Assembly: GCA_964608095.1 (NCBI GenBank)
Contig: CAZSMK010000011.1
Location: 18,209-82,208 of the forward strand
DNA length: 64,000 nucleotides
Origin: an uncultured Candidatus Sumerlaeota bacterium
Lineage (GTDB): Bacteria; Sumerlaeota; Sumerlaeia; MWCT01; JAGHBZ01
Reading direction: 5' to 3'
Shown here: positions 19,218 to 26,875 of the stretch, piece after piece
Layout: every line of letters starts with the position of its first letter
How positions within the stretch are numbered: the first letter of the stretch is position 1
Notes under the pieces: generated by a model
What the model saw: only the letters and a program-made list of their open reading frames with translations
What the model was told of the DNA's origin: nothing
The model's database searches: none
Position numbers and translations under genes: made by a program

Positions 19218-20921
19218 TTATTCCGTTCCCCAATCTACAAATGTGATCATGCCGGGTTTGACAACAATTTCGCGCAGTCCATAAATCGTCGTCAATCCAT
19301 AAGTGCCGGGGATGACATCGCAAATTGCAAAGTTCTCATTCCATGCATCAGTACTATTGACTCCCTTGCCATACGTCATAGAAAATTGGTAACTCTGGCA
19401 ATAATCAGGCTTGGAAACCCCGGTTAGTCTTAATCCCGGTATGGGATCCCCATCCGGTTCAGCAATATGCCCCAGTATATATCCGACACTATCTCCCACG
19501 TGTTCAATATACAACTCGGGATTTCTGACAAAGTCACCTGTTTCGCCCCCTATTCGAACTTCAAATTCCAGTTCATTGTCTCTCGACTGCGCGTCAGCAT
19601 AGGAGGCGCCCGTTACACCAATCTCATCTCCCGCTTCCACTTGATCGCCCTTGGCGACTTTGATGGAAGCCAACTGTGCATATAAGGTATAGACATTATC
19701 ACCGTTCAGTTTTTCGTCATGCTCGATAAGCACATAATTGGGATAGGAACTCAAGGAACCTGCTTTTCCTGAATCATCCGCTTCAATAACTTTCCCGTTC
19801 GCCACTGCGCAAACAGGGGTTCCTGAATCCACCCTGAAAGAAATACCTTTTTTAACTGGCCATTCACCCCATGATTCTCCATAGAGCCATGTCTGATCGA
19901 TATGCCCATTCACCGGATTGAGAAAGGGAGGGATGAATTCTTCAGAAGGTTCGTCCCTGATCTCAACCTTTGTTTCAAGAGGAACGACAGGGGTAAAAGG
20001 CGTCGGGGTAGCAATCTCAGTCAACGGTTTAAGAACCGGTGTTGGTGGTGTCGCCTCGGGCAATAGTAAAGGTGATTCCGGCAAGGGACGAATCGGTTCT
20101 GCTGGTCTAATAGGTTTGAGTCCCGGAAGTGATGGGGGTAGAACCGTCTCCTGGGGAGCGGGTTCCGGTGCCTCGAGTTCAAAAGGAGATTCATAAAGCG
20201 AGGGGGTTGGTGTAGGAACTTTAATAGGCTTCAAAACCGGCGTTGGTTCTCCTATCTCGATACGTTCCTTCTTTTGCTCCATGTCAAGAATCGCCTTAAA
20301 AAGCGCTATGGCTATCCGATGGTTCTCCTCAAGATCATCTGCCGCTTTTCGACATTTCTTATTCGTGATAAATCCCACTGAAATTATTACCGCCGGGGAG
20401 ACTACATAATCGAATAGGGGGCGTTTGCCTGTATCCAGATACCGATAACTTGTGCCAAGTTCTCCTGCCATTTGTGTTAACATGTTTGAAATAGGCTCTT
20501 GCAAACTCACTTGATTCACATAGGCAGTGATATAATTAACGCTTTTGTCGCGGCTATAGTTATGATGTATTCCAATAAAGAGGTCGGGGTTATGAGGGGC
20601 ACTAATTTCGGCTCGCTCTTTTAGCCCTGGAAAAGGAGGCGTATGTGTCTTTCGGGTAAGAATAACCTCTGCACCGGCATCTTCGAGATAAGAACGAAGG
20701 AAAAATGCAATACGAAGGTTGGCTTCCCTCTCCATTCTTTGCAACTTGTCGGTCACAAGCGCTGTCCTGTCCTCACCTGAATACATCTCACCACCCTCAC
20801 CGGCATCGAGACAATATGTCATATCTTTCAACGGCTTTTCGAGCATTTGTCCCATACAGAGTGAGAACACCATGACAAAAAGACCCATAGTACAAATAAT
20901 ATTTCGATTTCGGGAAACCAT
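19218..20921 (-). CDS. Secreted amidase_3 + Pro-rich linker + M23/LytM + beta-sandwich fusion; both catalytic domains degenerate
   Basis: Amidase scaffold LDAGEGG/EREANL/FIGIHHN/PAVIISVGF. M23 scaffold KKGISF..GTPVCAV/YAQL/ELEFEVR. N-terminal signal-like segment. Confidence 0.8.
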   Translation of the reverse strand: MVSRNRNIICTMGLFVMVFSLCMGQMLEKPLKDMTYCLDAGEGGEMYSGEDRTALVTDKLQRMEREANLRIAFFLRSYLEDAGAEVILTRKTHTPPFPGLKERAEISAPHNPDLFIGIHHNYSRDKSVNYITAYVNQVSLQEPISNMLTQMAGELGTSYRYLDTGKRPLFDYVVSPAVIISVGFITNKKCRKAADDLEENHRIAIALFKAILDMEQKKERIEIGEPTPVLKPIKVPTPTPSLYESPFELEAPEPAPQETVLPPSLPGLKPIRPAEPIRPLPESPLLLPEATPPTPVLKPLTEIATPTPFTPVVPLETKVEIRDEPSEEFIPPFLNPVNGHIDQTWLYGESWGEWPVKKGISFRVDSGTPVCAVANGKVIEADDSGKAGSLSSYPNYVLIEHDEKLNGDNVYTLYAQLASIKVAKGDQVEAGDEIGVTGASYADAQSRDNELEFEVRIGGETGDFVRNPELYIEHVGDSVGYILGHIAEPDGDPIPGLRLTGVSKPDYCQSYQFSMTYGKGVNSTDAWNENFAICDVIPGTYGLTTIYGLREIVVKPGMITFVDWGTE

Positions 20922-20966
20922 TATTCTCCTCCTCGTAGTGAAATTGTATTAATATGATGCTTCATT

Positions 20967-21644
20967 TTAATCATCTACTCTTCCACCTTCCAGCTTAATC
21001 TTGTTAAGGTAGGCGATAAGAGATTTTTTTGAAATAGCAAGATGCTTCTGCACAAGTTTCTGAATTCGTTTACTATCATGATCCTTGAATGCATCTATAA
21101 TATTTTTATGTTCGAATAACGCAGAGTTAACGCGACTTTTATCGGTAAACACAAACCGCCGGTATCTATCGAGTTTATGGTTCAAATTAACCACCATTTC
21201 TCTCAAGAGATCGTTGCTACACAAAGAGATGTACCATTGATGGAAAGCACTGTTGGCCTCGATTTTTTCCATCTGGTCATCTACCTGTTCGAAGCTTTTT
21301 TCAAGAACTTCGAGATGCCGGATGTGTTCTCCCTTCATGCGATCAGAAGCCACTTTTGCCGCAAGCGGTTCGAGAGATATCAGGACATCATAGATTTCCC
21401 CCACCTCTTTTATTGAATAGGGCGCAACTATTGCACCTTTACGCGGAAAAAATTTGACCAATCCTTCGGTCTCGAGTTTGAGAAGCGCCTCGCGTACCGG
21501 TGTACGGCTCACTCCCAGTTTATCTGCGATTTCCGGCTCGATTAAGCGTTCGCCAGGTGACAAATCACCCCTGATAATCGCATCTCGTAATAAGCGCGTA
21601 ATATCCTTTCGTAAAGGATCATGTCTGCTCAAATCAAGTTTCAT
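20967..21644 (-). CDS. GntR-family transcriptional regulator (FCD domain)
   Basis: wHTH PGERLIEPEIADKLGVSRTPVREAL; FCD-type NSAFH and EHKNII. Confidence 0.9.
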   Translation of the reverse strand: MKLDLSRHDPLRKDITRLLRDAIIRGDLSPGERLIEPEIADKLGVSRTPVREALLKLETEGLVKFFPRKGAIVAPYSIKEVGEIYDVLISLEPLAAKVASDRMKGEHIRHLEVLEKSFEQVDDQMEKIEANSAFHQWYISLCSNDLLREMVVNLNHKLDRYRRFVFTDKSRVNSALFEHKNIIDAFKDHDSKRIQKLVQKHLAISKKSLIAYLNKIKLEGGRVDD

Positions 21645-21660
21645 GTCTATACCACCATTG

Positions 21661-22662
21661 CTATTGTTTATCCCAATGGATACACCGTACTTTGTGTCCG
21701 GGAGTTACCTCCTCCATCGGGGGGATTTCCTTTATACATTCAGGAGTCATCAAAGGGCATCTCGGATGAAAGCGGCATCCGGCTGGATAATGAACAGGGT
21801 CGGGAACCATTCCCGGAATCACGGACAAATCCTTTCCTTCAATAACACGCTCAAGGTTGGGCATCGACTCGAGTAATAATCTGGTATAGGGATGGAGCGG
21901 TTTGTTGAACAACTCGGTTGTCGATGCTTCTTCGACAATCATACCCGCATACATGACGAGCACTGAATCGGCGATTTCGGCTATGATCCCGAAATTATGC
22001 GTAATAATCAGAATCGCGGTCTGAAATTCCTCCTGGAGTTCTTTCATAAGGTCGAGAACCTGAGCTTGCACAGTAACATCGAGAGCGGTCGTTGGTTCAT
22101 CTGCAATAAGGAGAGCAGGTTTACACGCAAGCGCCATGGCAATCATGGCGCGTTGCAGCATGCCACCGCTTAACTGATGAGGATAATCGTCCACACGTTG
22201 CTCAGGAGAAGGAATCCTGACCCGGTCAAGCAGTCGAATCGACTCCTCCCGTGCCTGACGTCGCGTCATGCCCTGGTGTAATCGCAACACCTCCGATATC
22301 TGGCTGCCTATCGTATAGACAGGATTGAAAGAGGTCATGGGTTCCTGAAAAATCATTGATATATCATTACCCCGGATTCTTCTCAACTCTCGAGTCGGAA
22401 GCGCAAGCAAATCTTTTCCACGCAAAAAAATCTTACCATCTATTATTTTCCCCGGTGGTTCCGGAACAAGGCGCAGAATTGATAATGCAGTCATGGTTTT
22501 CCCTGAACCGGATTCTCCTACCAGACCGATTGTCCGCTGTTCATAAACCTCGAATGATACACCATCCACTGCTCTCGCAGTGCCTTCGAGGGTTTTGAAA
22601 TAGGTACGAAGGTTGCGTATCTCGAGCAACGTCGGAGAATCACTATGTACGTCTGCAATCAC
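21661..22662 (-). CDS. Oligopeptide/dipeptide ABC transporter ATP-binding subunit (OppD/DppD)
   Basis: GESGSGKT, YPHQLSGGM, DEPTTALD, PLHPYT, C-terminal CRFHPRC..C. Confidence 0.92.
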   Translation of the reverse strand: MIADVHSDSPTLLEIRNLRTYFKTLEGTARAVDGVSFEVYEQRTIGLVGESGSGKTMTALSILRLVPEPPGKIIDGKIFLRGKDLLALPTRELRRIRGNDISMIFQEPMTSFNPVYTIGSQISEVLRLHQGMTRRQAREESIRLLDRVRIPSPEQRVDDYPHQLSGGMLQRAMIAMALACKPALLIADEPTTALDVTVQAQVLDLMKELQEEFQTAILIITHNFGIIAEIADSVLVMYAGMIVEEASTTELFNKPLHPYTRLLLESMPNLERVIEGKDLSVIPGMVPDPVHYPAGCRFHPRCPLMTPECIKEIPPMEEVTPGHKVRCIHWDKQ

Positions 22663-22767
22663 ACTATATGCCCTGTGGTTATATTGAACCTTTATTCAAA
22701 AATCCAAGCAATACTCTGAAATAGTCACGAAAAATGTCAAGCCTAAACACATTATTTCGCTGTCCTA

Positions 22768-23883
22768 TCACCGTCCGAGTTCATGACGTGGGTCCAGCGC
22801 ATCACGTATCCCGTCTCCAAGAAAGTTGAACGCAAACACGGTTATAAAAATCATTACACCCGGTATGAGTATCCATGGGTAGTTGGTAAGTACGATCACA
22901 TTCTGGGCTTGTTTCAACATATTCCCCCAGCTGGCATAAGGTTCATCGATGCCCACACCCAGATAGCTCAAGGCGACTTCCCCGAGAATATAGCCGGGTA
23001 CCGAAAGAGTCGAAGCGATAATCACATAGGTTAAGGTATTGGGTATAATATGCCGTATAATGATTCTAACGCTTGAAGCGCCCAGCGCACGAGCGCTCAA
23101 TACATATTGTTCCTCCCTTATTCTTAATGTCATTCCGCGTATGACCCTTGCAGGACCGACCCAGTAAATCAAACCCAGCACCGCTACAATCAGAAGATAT
23201 ATCTGTGTTGCTGACAGGTCCTCAGGAAACGTAGCCCGAATGGCAATAATCAGATAGAGACCCGGTATGGAGAGAATAAACTCGACGAAACGCATCATGA
23301 TGATATCAAAAACGCCGCCGAAATATCCGGAGAGTCCTCCCATGACCATGGCAAGCGTAAACGTGATTAAAATCCCTATTAAACCAATGGATAGAGATAT
23401 CTGCGAACCCTCGAGGAGGCGTGAAAAGACATCCCGCCCCAGCTCATCCGTACCCGCAAGGTGTATACTTGCCGGCTTTTCCACACCGAAAAGATGTATA
23501 TCACATGGTATTAAGCCGAAAAGGTTATATTCATATCCTCTAACAAAAAATTTGACCAAATATTTCTTGTCCTCGACTGGCTCGTACCGACCGCTGTCAA
23601 GATCTATCATTTCATAGCGGTATACAAAGGGACGGAGGGAAAATCCACCTTCCCGGTCAACAAAATGTAATGATGTGGGCGGATGATAAAAATCGATGAG
23701 GTCCTGTTCGTGCGGATGGTAGGGACTAAGAAAAGGAGCAAACAAGGCGCCGAAATAGAGAATAATCAATACAACCCCGCCTATGATGGCAATTTTATTT
23801 CGAACCAACCGGCGAAACATCAATGCCCAGGGCGAGTAGCTGTGCGTTCTCACTCTCTTTTCTATATTTGAGTTGATCTTCAT
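22768..23883 (-). CDS. Oligopeptide/dipeptide ABC permease (OppC/DppC) with long extracytoplasmic loop
   Basis: GTDELGRDVFSR, EEQYVLSARALGAS, SYLGVG..PYASWG, NFLGDGIRDALDP. Confidence 0.9.
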   Translation of the reverse strand: MKINSNIEKRVRTHSYSPWALMFRRLVRNKIAIIGGVVLIILYFGALFAPFLSPYHPHEQDLIDFYHPPTSLHFVDREGGFSLRPFVYRYEMIDLDSGRYEPVEDKKYLVKFFVRGYEYNLFGLIPCDIHLFGVEKPASIHLAGTDELGRDVFSRLLEGSQISLSIGLIGILITFTLAMVMGGLSGYFGGVFDIIMMRFVEFILSIPGLYLIIAIRATFPEDLSATQIYLLIVAVLGLIYWVGPARVIRGMTLRIREEQYVLSARALGASSVRIIIRHIIPNTLTYVIIASTLSVPGYILGEVALSYLGVGIDEPYASWGNMLKQAQNVIVLTNYPWILIPGVMIFITVFAFNFLGDGIRDALDPRHELGR

Positions 23884-23892
23884 TTGTTCTGT

Positions 23893-24864
23893 TTATTCGA
23901 GCCTGATTCGCGGATCGGAAACCGCGGTGAGTATATCCGCAATGAGATTACCTATTATCAACATCACTGAAGACATAAGCACCGTTGCAACCACCAGGTA
24001 CATATCCTTGGTGAAAAGGGCTTCGATGGTGGTTCTCCCGAGCCCCGGATAACTGAATACAACCTCCACCAGAAAAGAGCCCGCAAGAAGACTGGACAGA
24101 GAATATCCGAACATCGTAATAAGAGGGTTGATAGCATTACGAGTTGCATGTTTGACAACTACGGTAAATTCCGGTAAGCCTTTAGCCCGTGCGACTGTCA
24201 CAAAATCCGCTCGAAGATAGTCAAGGAGGTTCCCCCGCATCTGGCGCATGTAACTCGCCATACCTGACGTCCCAAGTACTATAGTCGGCAAGACCAGGTG
24301 ATGCGCGATGTCCAGCATTTTTCCCAATGTCCCGAGTTCTTCGTAATTTATCGAACGCAGTCCACCGGTGGGAAACCAGCCGCTCACCTTAGCAAACAAG
24401 ACCATCAAGAGTGCGAAAAAGACATTCGGTATAGACAAGCCGAAAAAGGCTATCGCCGATGATATTTTATCGATCCACCGATATTGATATACCGCGCTCA
24501 AAATACCCAGGGGGATTGACACTATCCATGCAAACAGGATTGCGCTCGCGGAGAGAAGCAAAGTATTCAAGGCGCGCTCCTTGATTACACGGAACACAGG
24601 TTGGTTTGTGCTAAAAGAATACCCGAAATCAAGGTGAAACACCACATTCTTCAACCACCTACCATACCTGACATACCAGTGAGGATTATCAAGTCCCAAC
24701 CGTTTCATCTCCTGATCGATAACTTCCTGGCTTATCTGTGGATTCATCTTCATCGTGGAAAGAAAATCTCCGGGTGTTCGGTTAATGAGAAAAAAGGTCA
24801 CCAGCGAGATAAAAAATAGCAACGGTATGGCATGAAGAAATCTTTTCAGGATAAAAGTTTTCAT
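23893..24864 (-). CDS. Oligopeptide/dipeptide ABC permease (OppB/DppB)
   Basis: LGLDNP.YVRY, DFGYS, ADFVTVARAKGL, HATRNA, GNLIADIL..DPRIR. Confidence 0.92.
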   Translation of the reverse strand: MKTFILKRFLHAIPLLFFISLVTFFLINRTPGDFLSTMKMNPQISQEVIDQEMKRLGLDNPHWYVRYGRWLKNVVFHLDFGYSFSTNQPVFRVIKERALNTLLLSASAILFAWIVSIPLGILSAVYQYRWIDKISSAIAFFGLSIPNVFFALLMVLFAKVSGWFPTGGLRSINYEELGTLGKMLDIAHHLVLPTIVLGTSGMASYMRQMRGNLLDYLRADFVTVARAKGLPEFTVVVKHATRNAINPLITMFGYSLSSLLAGSFLVEVVFSYPGLGRTTIEALFTKDMYLVVATVLMSSVMLIIGNLIADILTAVSDPRIRLE

Positions 24865-24882
24865 GGTTTCGCTTCTTATGAA

Positions 24883-24897
24883 CGTATCCTGGATACG
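24883..24897. promoter_or_regulatory. 15-bp palindrome CGTATCC-T-GGATACG, candidate operator upstream of the opp genes
   Basis: Perfect 7-bp inverted repeat about 20 nt upstream of the oppB start. Confidence 0.35.
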
Positions 24898-24960
24898 CGT
24901 TATAAACCCGATTGAATCAGCCTGTATTGAAATCGAAAGTATGCCACGCCCTTTTTCTTC

Positions 24961-25980
24961 TTACAACAAAAGGTTTTTTCTCCTTTTATATTGAAGCAGC
25001 AGGAAGAGAAAAAAAGGACCGCCTGATAAAGCCGTAATCACCCCAACCGGAAGTTCGAGTGGCGCTATTATTGTACGCGCCAGTGTATCGGCAATCATCA
25101 AAAACGCCCCTCCGGTTAACCCGCTACAAGGAATCAGCAACCTATGATCCGAACCGACGATAAAGCGAACTATATGCGGGATTATTAAACCCACGAAGCC
25201 GATAGGTCCACATACCGACACCACACCTGCGGTTATGACGGAAGCGGCAAGAAATATCAATTTCTGCGCATGGTTGACATCAATACCGAGATGCTGAGCC
25301 GTGGACTCGTCAAGGGTCAATATATTGAGAGCACGCGTGTGCAGCAAAAGAACAGCGCTTCCTGCGAAAAGTGTAATTGCCACTATGCCGAGCTGGCTAT
25401 AGCCGGCAATGTCGACTGCACCCATCATCCAGCGTATCATCTGGTATGCTTCGCCCGGCGCGCTGATATACTGAATAAGCAGAATTACGGCGGAAAAGAG
25501 AAAGTTCAGGGTCACGCCGGCAAGGAGCAACGTAGCAGGATTCAAGCCGCCACGCTCTTTTGACAACAGGTAGACAACACTGACGGCGATCAAAGCACCA
25601 ACGAGGGCAAAGAGAAAAAGAGCCGGCGCCGCCATCAGGGTAAATGCTAAACCGATTTTAATCGCGATAACCGCACCCAGGCTGCTTCCTGCAGAAATGC
25701 CAAGAACATAGGGACTGGCAAGAGGATTTTTGAGCAACGCCTGGAACGCGGCTCCTGCAAGCGCCAAACCAAAGCCCGCAAAGGCTGCGAGCACCATGCG
25801 CGGAATCCTTAACTGCCAGAATATCACCTGCTGTGGACTTGTTTCATGAACAGCAAAGACTTGCGGGGGTGTGAGAAATGTCGCACCTATCCACGGCGTT
25901 ATTATTCCCGCCACTATAAACAGGATCAAACACACACCGACATTGATGATAAATCGCCTATATGTGAGCTCCCTTCCCAT
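24961..25980 (-). CDS. FecCD/BtuC-family iron-chelate/cobalamin ABC permease
   Basis: WQLRIPR, FQALLKNPLASPYVLGISAG, GPIGFVGLIIPH, ELPVG.ITAL.GGPFF. Confidence 0.9.
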   Translation of the reverse strand: MGRELTYRRFIINVGVCLILFIVAGIITPWIGATFLTPPQVFAVHETSPQQVIFWQLRIPRMVLAAFAGFGLALAGAAFQALLKNPLASPYVLGISAGSSLGAVIAIKIGLAFTLMAAPALFLFALVGALIAVSVVYLLSKERGGLNPATLLLAGVTLNFLFSAVILLIQYISAPGEAYQMIRWMMGAVDIAGYSQLGIVAITLFAGSAVLLLHTRALNILTLDESTAQHLGIDVNHAQKLIFLAASVITAGVVSVCGPIGFVGLIIPHIVRFIVGSDHRLLIPCSGLTGGAFLMIADTLARTIIAPLELPVGVITALSGGPFFLFLLLQYKRRKNLLL

Positions 25981-26175
25981 GCCTTAGGAATGTAATTCCT
26001 TTTCTCTCGTCATGAATAGAGGAACATTATGGAGAAGTATCGCACTGAAGGCAAGTAACTTGAATAATATGCCCGGCTGCAATAGTTTGTATAGGACATA
26101 TAAGCCTTATAAGACAAATTAATCGTTCGTTTCACGCAAGAATAACCCTGAAGAGAATGAGCAGAATTTTGAGAG

Positions 26176-26592
26176 TTAGTAGTTGCGAATTACGTGATCA
26201 TCATCACGATCAAGCGTGCCGTTGTCTCCGATACTACACCGTGGCAGAATGCCCTGGGGACTTAAGGTATACGTTCCACCGCTGGGACATTTGGGAGGCT
26301 CTTTCCATCCCATGGTCTTGCATATATCTTCCCACGTAAACCGTGCTCCCGCGCCGTATCCTTTTTCTTCCGCAACTCTTCGTTTGGCAGATTCAATCAT
26401 TTTTAAATTCGCACGGCACTGGGCAGCCTGATTCAAATCTCCCTTTTCCGGTCCGCTCAACATCTCGGGAGCTCGATAAAATATCGACCTGACTTTACCG
26501 TACACTTCTTCCCAGTCCAAAATTCCGGTTGCGAAAAGACCACCGATCACCGCAATTATTACCACAATGACAATGATTTCCTTGAACTTCAT
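26176..26592 (-). CDS. Pilin-like protein (C..N.....SAK / CPSGGTY / PRCS) without a classical prepilin leader
   Basis: AAGGA RBS precedes the ATG at 26592 (track start 26655 is less likely). Begins MKFKEIIVIVVIIAVIGG. Contains QCRANLKMIESAK and KCPSGGTYTL..PRCS. Confidence 0.65.
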   Translation of the reverse strand: MKFKEIIVIVVIIAVIGGLFATGILDWEEVYGKVRSIFYRAPEMLSGPEKGDLNQAAQCRANLKMIESAKRRVAEEKGYGAGARFTWEDICKTMGWKEPPKCPSGGTYTLSPQGILPRCSIGDNGTLDRDDDHVIRNY

Positions 26593-26668
26593 AATACATC
26601 CTTTCACAACAATATTTTTAATATATTTAAATATCCCCCAAAAAAGAAATGTCAACTTGTAAATCTAA

Positions 26669-26719
26669 GTCATTCGCGAATCGTGGTCATTCGCGAATCG
26701 TGGTCATTCGCGTAATCGG
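26669..26719. repeat. Tandem 17-bp repeat GTCATTCGCGAATCGTG (2 exact + 1 imperfect copy) with internal palindrome ATTCGCGAAT
   Basis: Units at 26669-26685, 26686-26702 and 26703-26719, read directly from the sequence. Confidence 0.85.
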
Positions 26720-26875
26720 GAGTTTATGGGAAAATAAACTCTCATCTCGGCGAGAACGCTATTCTCAGATTGGTCGGATACTGTCAGTCACTTTAAAGTC
26801 GCGATTAGCACCTGAATATTAACTTTAATACCACGAAGTAAAATCTATAGGGTGGAAGTCTTGTTTCCCAACTAC

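Noticed and set aside
26669-26719. CRISPR array
   Set aside because: The units are 17 bp, contiguous and have no spacers; there are no cas genes.
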